Of a DNA stretch of 64,000 nucleotides, positions 57,774 through 64,000 are shown in pieces (the first letter of the stretch is position 1; every line of letters starts with the position of its first letter). The DNA comes from an uncultured virus (IMG/VR IMGVR_UViG_3300046808_001087) (Duplodnaviria > Heunggongvirae > Uroviricota > Caudoviricetes). The notes beneath the pieces are model-generated. The model saw only the letters and a list, made by a program, of their open reading frames with translations, had not been told where the DNA came from and ran no database searches. The DNA lies in IMG/VR virus record IMGVR_UViG_3300046808_001087, one strand, 5' to 3'. Both the position numbers and the translations under genes were made by a program.

Positions 57774-59459
57774 TTATGATTCTTTACGCAACCCCCTATC
57801 GTAATGGTCAAACCTGTCGTGTTCAGTTGGTGTTATTAGTAATAGACCTGGATTCAATTCTCCTTTTTTTGTCAAATCATACATATAACTCATCCACGTC
57901 TGTTCGTAAGGATGTTCCCATTTAGTAACTAAAAACATTTTTTTGTTACCCGGTTTACTAACGATTTGTGGCCAGTTACAATAGTATATTTCCCCTTTGG
58001 TATAAGGGACTCCTTGATGGCTCAAAATATTATTATATACGGTCTTTGGTGCATCAGGGTCTAATCCTATTTTTGGTAAAGTTTTTTTATTTGGCCAGTA
58101 GAGCTCTCTCTTATCCTGAGGTACATTATACCAAGACCATTGAGTACCGTTATCGCCAAAAAACTCACTGTAATTTAGTTTCAGAAAATCAAAATTTTCT
58201 TTTTTTATGATATCTAATGATTTCTTATATAGGTTTGGCACAAATCTGTTAAATCCATTTTTACATGGACTTCCTTGGGTAGGGTAAAAAAACATATCAT
58301 CTTCAAAGAACAAATAATAATCTAAATTAGTTGTTTCAAAGTGTTCCGCAATCCACTGTCTGCCTCCACAAATACCGATATTATCCTTTTTTATATGAGT
58401 GAATCCATATTCATCACATAATTCCTGATATCTTTCGTTTGTCTCTAAATTAGTTGAGTTATTTAAAAGTATCTTAAGTTTAGGTTTCGAGATATAGTCT
58501 TCATCATATGCAATCATCGATTTTATAAGAGTTTCAAATTGTTTTGGACTATTAAAAGTTATTACATATAAAGCGGTATTATTAGGATTTAGAAGACTTG
58601 AGTCATTTACTAATTTTTCGGATGTATATTCTTTCAACTCCTCAAAAAATGGCCAAACTAATCCATTACCTGTAAGCTCAAATCTATTGACTAATCTTGA
58701 ATGTTTATGTGCTAATATTGTGAAAATACACTCGTCAGCCCCCATTAAACCTTCACGAAGGGAGGATTCGAGTAAATTGTAGTATAAGGCATTAAATTGG
58801 TGAACCAACTCCTTTTTTCCACCGAAGAACCCACCCCTACAAACGTAGTTTACAAAATCAGTTTCACAATATCGTGCCATAGCCTTTCTCTCGAACCCAT
58901 GTATTTCATCATTTGCGTCGTATGGGTACGATAAAAAAGTAAATTTATCTTCGTGTTTTAGACTATAATTTTCTAAGTTGTCTAAAACTTTGTCGTGTGA
59001 AAAGTATCCCTTATTAACGGTATTGGTTAAACCGCCATCAATCCAAAAAAAATAATCAGTGTCGAAAGGATTTACAACGGCGGAGTCGTTCAGCATAAAC
59101 ATTTTTGTGAACATCATTGCGTTATAATATTCTAAAGACCCTTGTGGTGATTCAGATAACCATCCGGCAAAATTTTTCCAGCTTGGGTTATTTCTAATTT
59201 GTTGTATTTGAGCAAAAAAGGGATTCCATGTTTCGAAATCCTTAACGTTTTTTATGAAAATCTTAGTCGGTTTTTCTCCTCTAATCCTCAATACATCACC
59301 TTCCAATTCCGAAGGTACCCAGACACACATGGGTATGTCGGTCTCTAACATTTCAAAAAATCTATCTTTGTAGTGCTCAAAATCTCTTTTAGCCCATCCT
59401 TGTAGGTCACCTCTACCTAAATCCCATAGTCCGGTGACAATAGTTATGTTATTCGTCAT
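57774..59459 (-). CDS. Two-domain glycosyltransferase (HtrL/YibB-WlaTC-like plus GT-A/GT2-like)
   Basis: ITIVTGLWDLGR, NPFDTDYFFWIDGG, GGFFGG; second domain ALYVITFN...NIGICGGR...YLFFEDD. Confidence 0.75.
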   Translation of the reverse strand: MTNNITIVTGLWDLGRGDLQGWAKRDFEHYKDRFFEMLETDIPMCVWVPSELEGDVLRIRGEKPTKIFIKNVKDFETWNPFFAQIQQIRNNPSWKNFAGWLSESPQGSLEYYNAMMFTKMFMLNDSAVVNPFDTDYFFWIDGGLTNTVNKGYFSHDKVLDNLENYSLKHEDKFTFLSYPYDANDEIHGFERKAMARYCETDFVNYVCRGGFFGGKKELVHQFNALYYNLLESSLREGLMGADECIFTILAHKHSRLVNRFELTGNGLVWPFFEELKEYTSEKLVNDSSLLNPNNTALYVITFNSPKQFETLIKSMIAYDEDYISKPKLKILLNNSTNLETNERYQELCDEYGFTHIKKDNIGICGGRQWIAEHFETTNLDYYLFFEDDMFFYPTQGSPCKNGFNRFVPNLYKKSLDIIKKENFDFLKLNYSEFFGDNGTQWSWYNVPQDKRELYWPNKKTLPKIGLDPDAPKTVYNNILSHQGVPYTKGEIYYCNWPQIVSKPGNKKMFLVTKWEHPYEQTWMSYMYDLTKKGELNPGLLLITPTEHDRFDHYDRGLRKES

Positions 59460-59496
59460 GAAAAAAAAATAATAGATATTCTGAAAAACCTAAATA

Positions 59497-60465
59497 TTAA
59501 AACTCAAAATCAATTACACTTCCTTCAATTTCACCAAATATGTAAACATCATCGGGATTGGATTCTGGGTGTAATTCCACAATTACAACTTTGCGATAAC
59601 CCCAAATAGGGTCTCCACCTAACAAAGCACTATCTACGTAGAATTTTAATTTAGTACCACCATTATCGTCAACAAATTTCTTAACAATTTCAGTTACATC
59701 ATTTACAACATTGAGGGGGGTTTCACTATAACCTTCGTTAATTTCAAAAGATGGAGTTCCGTAAGTGGCTCTTTTTATTATTAATTTTTGACCTTTGTAT
59801 TTAGATAACTCGCCCTTATATAGTGAAGGTAATAACTTAGTAAGATAAACAGAAAACCCTACATGATAGAACTCATAGTTCTTGGGGTTTTCTACCCCAT
59901 AGTTTATCCAAGCTTCGAATGCCCATCTATCCCACCAAGCTTCTACTTTTTTTGTCTTACGAACATGTTGAGATTTTGTCCACCAGAAATTTCCCCAATA
60001 CCATCCGCCATTACAAGTCAAACCAACAGTATCATAATCATCTAATAAATTAACGCATTCTCTCCATTTATCGATAACAAAATATTCTAAAGCCTCTTTC
60101 CAAAGTTTTATATTCTCAATTTTTTCGTGTGATATTTGTTTAGTTTTGTAATCTTTCCAATTGTTGCTAACCCCTTTGGTGTGAAAATAAAAAATCTTAG
60201 CATCATCATAAGATTCCCCAATTTCTTTGACTTTACTTATACCTAAATATTCCGCAAGATTTGACTCAGAAAATTCGAAATTAATTTTTTTATAATCTTT
60301 TAAAAATTCTATTAACTCTTCTTCCGGAGTTTCGTCCTTGTTCACAGTCATATAAAAAAGGTCACATGCGTCATACAACCCAAATTCTACAACTCTACTA
60401 ATCTGTTCTTTGACAACTTCCTTCCAATTGTTAACTAAATAAGCGTGGTATACTATAACTATCAT
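59497..60465 (-). CDS. Putative glycosyltransferase with C-terminal SUEL/galactose-lectin-like domain
   Basis: YFHTKGVS and GNFWW; C-terminal LIIKRATYG...DVT...GGDP..G..K. Confidence 0.55.
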   Translation of the reverse strand: MIVIVYHAYLVNNWKEVVKEQISRVVEFGLYDACDLFYMTVNKDETPEEELIEFLKDYKKINFEFSESNLAEYLGISKVKEIGESYDDAKIFYFHTKGVSNNWKDYKTKQISHEKIENIKLWKEALEYFVIDKWRECVNLLDDYDTVGLTCNGGWYWGNFWWTKSQHVRKTKKVEAWWDRWAFEAWINYGVENPKNYEFYHVGFSVYLTKLLPSLYKGELSKYKGQKLIIKRATYGTPSFEINEGYSETPLNVVNDVTEIVKKFVDDNGGTKLKFYVDSALLGGDPIWGYRKVVIVELHPESNPDDVYIFGEIEGSVIDFEF

Positions 60466-60500
60466 AATAAAATGGTCTCCCTATAGTAATTATTATCACT

Positions 60501-61847
60501 TTATTTTTTTGTTATTATAGAAGTGAAACTCCAATGAGGTTGTAATTTGTAAATACGACAAGATTCGATAGTTTCCTCTAAATACTTAGACTCTTCTTCG
60601 GTTAGAAAATCAGACACTATTTTACCGGTTCTATTGAATTCTTCCAACATATCTAAAGTTGTGGTCTGACCTTGCTTACCCCATATTGAATTTGGGTCAT
60701 TTGCAACACTAACACTTGTATGTAAATCTTCTAAAACAAAGATTCCTCCACTTCTGATACTTTTGAAAACTTTACCAAGAACAATTTGTTGGTCCTTCAT
60801 AGTATGTGTCCCGTCGTCTATAAATAAGTCTATATCAATATTTTCATTTGCAAATTTAATTAATTCTTCATCTGAATTATGACCTATTGTAAATTGTAAT
60901 AATTTTACTCTACTATAATCATCAATATCTGCCCTATCTAATTGACAGTCTATTCCAATAATTTCAGAGTTGATAAAAAATTCTCTCCATATATTAATTG
61001 ATTGTCCCTCGTGCACACCCAACTCAACTACTTTTTTCGCAGTCAATCTAATTTTTTCAAATTCTGTTTGATATATGGTATCGAAATAATTATGGCCAAA
61101 ATGTTTATCCGTATAATACTTCTCGGCCAAACTACTTAGTTTGGTTTTATCATATTCAGTTTGTATATTGAATATATTATTATAAATTTTATCGATTGTC
61201 CTATTTTTTAATTGGTTGTATGCATACGCATGAAAAATAAAATTATTATCATTATATCTCATCCAATTAAAACTTCTGTTTGAAATTATTTTCATTTTAG
61301 CCCCAAATTCTTCTTTGTCCTTATAAAGGTGTGTCAAAGCAGTTTGGTCCATCCATAATCTATGGGTATAAAAACCTTCCACATTTAAATCATGTTCACC
61401 AACCTCAGGTCTTAATGTACAATCAATAGGTCTGAGTTTGGTGCGACAAAGCTCCCACTCTTTTAAAAATTTGATTGTCCATTCACAGTTCTTGATTAGA
61501 AAAACGCCTGCATTCATTAAACTGTGAGTACTTTCATCTCTGGCGGCAATAAAATTATATTCCTCGTCAATAAACTCTTCTACCCTCATATTAGTGTCTG
61601 AAATAATTGCATCGGTATCTAAAAAAAGAATATAATCCGGTGAAAATTTTTCAATAACATCAAGCATAAGTTTAGGTTTATACCAAGTCGGTGCCGCCCC
61701 TTTTAAATAATCGAGAATATAAGTGTCCGATTTTTCACAATAATACCCATAACCATTTTCGTTTGCGTATTTTTCATTTATTTTTTCTGCAAATGGGCCA
61801 AGAGTTAAATTACTCGTATAGTACTGTACGATGTGTATTTTTTTCAT
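60501..61847 (-). CDS. GT34 (GMA12/MNN10)-like glycosyltransferase fused to a class I SAM sugar O-methyltransferase-like domain
   Basis: WYKP, LFLDTDAII, MNAGVFLIKN, WMDQTAL; then TDK..HNY, VELGVHEGQS, FIDDGTH, FVLEDL. Confidence 0.8.
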   Translation of the reverse strand: MKKIHIVQYYTSNLTLGPFAEKINEKYANENGYGYYCEKSDTYILDYLKGAAPTWYKPKLMLDVIEKFSPDYILFLDTDAIISDTNMRVEEFIDEEYNFIAARDESTHSLMNAGVFLIKNCEWTIKFLKEWELCRTKLRPIDCTLRPEVGEHDLNVEGFYTHRLWMDQTALTHLYKDKEEFGAKMKIISNRSFNWMRYNDNNFIFHAYAYNQLKNRTIDKIYNNIFNIQTEYDKTKLSSLAEKYYTDKHFGHNYFDTIYQTEFEKIRLTAKKVVELGVHEGQSINIWREFFINSEIIGIDCQLDRADIDDYSRVKLLQFTIGHNSDEELIKFANENIDIDLFIDDGTHTMKDQQIVLGKVFKSIRSGGIFVLEDLHTSVSVANDPNSIWGKQGQTTTLDMLEEFNRTGKIVSDFLTEEESKYLEETIESCRIYKLQPHWSFTSIITKK

Positions 61848-63019
61848 TTTATAATTTTTATTATTGTGCCAATTTCATTTTGTGAAATATATTCAGCATT
61901 AATATATTCATTAAAATTGACATTATTGAAAATTTCATAATTAACTACCAACTTTTTTACCGCTTCTAAAGTAAAATCATATGAAGATTTATTAATAATT
62001 AAATCATTTTCACTTTTGAAACACAAATTAAGTTGACCGTTTTCTGTTATCTTTTTATATAGGTTACTTATAGCATTATCTATTTTTGTGGGAGATGGGT
62101 TGTCTATTTCGAATAGACACAAATTTTGTATTGTTTCATCACCATAAGTTATTGTTCTATCATATACATCAGAAATACTTCTTGCGTAGTTACCATAATA
62201 TTCCCAGTTATTAATATCTCTATCCAATCCATACCATAGCCCCGTTTTTCCATCTGTACCACTAACCCTGTTAGTGCTTAATTCCATACCTGAATTCAAT
62301 CTGTAATTTAAAATAACTTTTCTACTTACCTTCGAACCGTTGTAATAATTACTAATTATAAAATCACAATAATACATTCGTTTACCCGTTGAATAATGTA
62401 TTGTAAGATTTTTTTCTCCCAAATTATAGAATGAGGACATGACATCTATCGACCCAAACCTAGATTGGTATTTTTGTGAAAAATGTGAGAAAATGGTCAT
62501 ATCTTCTAAATGATTGGTTTCATCATTTATATTTAAAATTTCTTCACATATTTTTTTACTGAAGAACATACCTCCTCCCCCTCCGTGACCAGAAGTTATT
62601 ATATCATGTTGTGATATGTAATCATAATAATTTTCTAATATAAAAGAATTAACGTAAGTACCATCATCAACCCTAAGAACGTAATCGAATTCTCTATTTT
62701 CCAATAACCATCTTAATGCCCCTTGAAGTTTCTTAACCATATTTGATGGTTTTTTTTGTTGGTGTAGATAAAAGTAGTCATAGGTGTCAGTTTCTTTCAG
62801 ATGCAAAATTTGATTTTTTTCATCGAAAGAGACTTCGTCATTATCTCCATCAAAGAAAATAACTTCAACCCCTTTTTCCTTAAGTCTTGGCACCCACGTA
62901 TCCATACACGGTAATTTCCTTGTCAAGTCAGCCCTATCACTTTGGATTGGGTCAAATGGGATATAAAGTCTTTCAGACTTGTATGTTTTAGAGGTGTAAG
63001 CTAATACAATTAATTTCAT
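61844..63019 (-). CDS. GT31 (beta-1,3-galactosyltransferase/Fringe)-like glycosyltransferase
   Basis: DTW, FDYVLRVDDGTYVN, GGGGMFFSK, LEDM. Confidence 0.7.
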   Translation of the reverse strand: MKLIVLAYTSKTYKSERLYIPFDPIQSDRADLTRKLPCMDTWVPRLKEKGVEVIFFDGDNDEVSFDEKNQILHLKETDTYDYFYLHQQKKPSNMVKKLQGALRWLLENREFDYVLRVDDGTYVNSFILENYYDYISQHDIITSGHGGGGGMFFSKKICEEILNINDETNHLEDMTIFSHFSQKYQSRFGSIDVMSSFYNLGEKNLTIHYSTGKRMYYCDFIISNYYNGSKVSRKVILNYRLNSGMELSTNRVSGTDGKTGLWYGLDRDINNWEYYGNYARSISDVYDRTITYGDETIQNLCLFEIDNPSPTKIDNAISNLYKKITENGQLNLCFKSENDLIINKSSYDFTLEAVKKLVVNYEIFNNVNFNEYINAEYISQNEIGTIIKIIK

Positions 63020-63693
63020 TTGCTATAGTATTTTTGGATGATTTTATATGGATTCATAGTAACATTTTTGTTTTTCAAATCATCAAAATGATTTTTGATA
63101 TCACTAATATATACTATATTTTGAACGTTTTGTGTCACCTCCACGTTATAATTTTTTATATTATTTATTTCAATCAAATATTGAACAATATCAAATACTT
63201 TAATTTTATTTTCCAAACTTGCATTGATTGTGCCGACAATTTTGTTATTTAAGCAGCACTCAACAATTTTTGGTAAATCATCAACATCTAACAAGTCTCG
63301 ATACGTATCCAAATTTAGACGTATTGTTTTATTTTCTAAAAGTGAATTATAAAAAAAGGGCAACAGTTGGTTTTGACTTTTAGTTTCACCTACAATGTTT
63401 GGTAATCTGAGTATTAGAAAATTATCCGATTTATTTTGAATATACGACTCAATAAATAATTTATGCTTTATATATTCTGTATAATCATAACGTAACACAC
63501 TTAATGTGCTAAAATATACAAAAAGACTACCTTTGTTTTCGTCCAAAGTTTTTTTCAATAATTCATACTCTTTGACGTACTTTGTTGTGTCAAATTCATT
63601 TGAATTTGAGACTCCACTAGCAAAGACACAAACAGATTCTAAATTATATTTTTTGAACGATTGTGCAATCATTCCATCACCAATAACTTTCAT
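63016..63693 (-). CDS. NAD-dependent epimerase/dehydratase family protein
   Basis: IGDGMIA, FASGVSNS, YFST, YIKHK, LRLPNIVG, RDLLDVDD. Confidence 0.85.
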   Translation of the reverse strand: MKVIGDGMIAQSFKKYNLESVCVFASGVSNSNEFDTTKYVKEYELLKKTLDENKGSLFVYFSTLSVLRYDYTEYIKHKLFIESYIQNKSDNFLILRLPNIVGETKSQNQLLPFFYNSLLENKTIRLNLDTYRDLLDVDDLPKIVECCLNNKIVGTINASLENKIKVFDIVQYLIEINNIKNYNVEVTQNVQNIVYISDIKNHFDDLKNKNVTMNPYKIIQKYYSK

Positions 63694-63696
63694 GAC

Positions 63697-64000
63697 TTAT
63701 GATAAATTTCCAACAATTCTTTCACACCATCCCTTCGATGTGCTATATGGCCAAACAACCCAATACTTTGGAAATTCTTGTGTTGGAAATTCTCTCCATA
63801 CTTTACAGTATCCATCGGGGTCTCTCATAAAACCTGCAATCTCGTTTTTGTCAGCATCCTTTCTGAAAATAGTTTCATCCTTATCATTGTGGAATGCAAC
63901 TACCCAAAAGTCATAATCGGTTTCAGGAACCTGAGAATATCCAATATCAATGCAATGTTTGAATATCTTTGTGAAATCTTTTTTCCATTCTTCTTCATTA
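63697..64000 (-). CDS. C-terminal 100 aa of a CDS entering from the right edge, probably glycosyltransferase-associated; not in ORF track
   Basis: Open frame ...FKHCIDIGYSQVPETDYDFWVVAFH...WVVWPYSTSKGWCERIVGNLS*, ending 3 nt before the epimerase ATG. Confidence 0.7.
   Translation of the reverse strand, partial: NEEEWKKDFTKIFKHCIDIGYSQVPETDYDFWVVAFHNDKDETIFRKDADKNEIAGFMRDPDGYCKVWREFPTQEFPKYWVVWPYSTSKGWCERIVGNLS

Noticed and set aside
1..64000. Stop-codon reassignment as in some jumbo and crAss-like phages
   Set aside because: Genes are full length in the standard code, and TAA, TAG (1178, 20069, 48814) and TGA (20270, 24291, 42648) all end genes at sensible boundaries
1..64000. Eukaryotic giant virus or bacterial extracellular contractile injection locus
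   Set aside because: Sheath, tube, baseplate and neck genes occur together with T4-like replication genes and overlapping operons, which indicates a tailed phage
1..64000. tRNA, rRNA, integrase, transposase or diversity-generating retroelement
   Set aside because: Intergenic gaps are short and AT-rich with no cloverleaf seen; no recombinase, transposase or reverse transcriptase motifs; a covariance search was not run

Overview
This window is an AT-rich, densely coding segment of a large (jumbo-type) T4-like myophage genome read in the standard genetic code, with most genes on the minus strand. Left to right: fibre/baseplate genes (collagen-like, Pro/Thr mucin-like and SprB-repeat proteins, wedge proteins, a frameshifted gp6-like gene, gp25); a replication cassette (class II RNR nrdJ, DnaB-like helicase, 5'-3' exonuclease, RecA/UvsX, gp32-like SSB); hub, LysM, tube-initiator, tape measure, chaperone, tube, sheath and neck genes; a SET + SNF2 pair; a family B DNA polymerase; and a glycosyltransferase island running off the right edge. 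Near absence of Shine-Dalgarno sites, TTTG-N19/20-TATAyTTA promoters and SprB repeats suggest a Bacteroidota host (inference). Main candidates for new biology: (1) a virion O-glycosylation system pairing the GT island with Ser/Thr-rich virion proteins; (2) a probable +1 programmed frameshift with prfB-like geometry in the tail chaperone just upstream of the tape measure gene; (3) a TATTTAT element, the reverse complement of the T4 late promoter, before most structural genes and often only 3-4 nt from the ATG; (4) a shared N-terminal IxES leader on unrelated proteins; (5) an apparently circularly permuted domain inserted into a fibre protein. Four real CDSs missing from the ORF track were recovered. 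All family assignments come from motif recognition by eye; no database searches were run.
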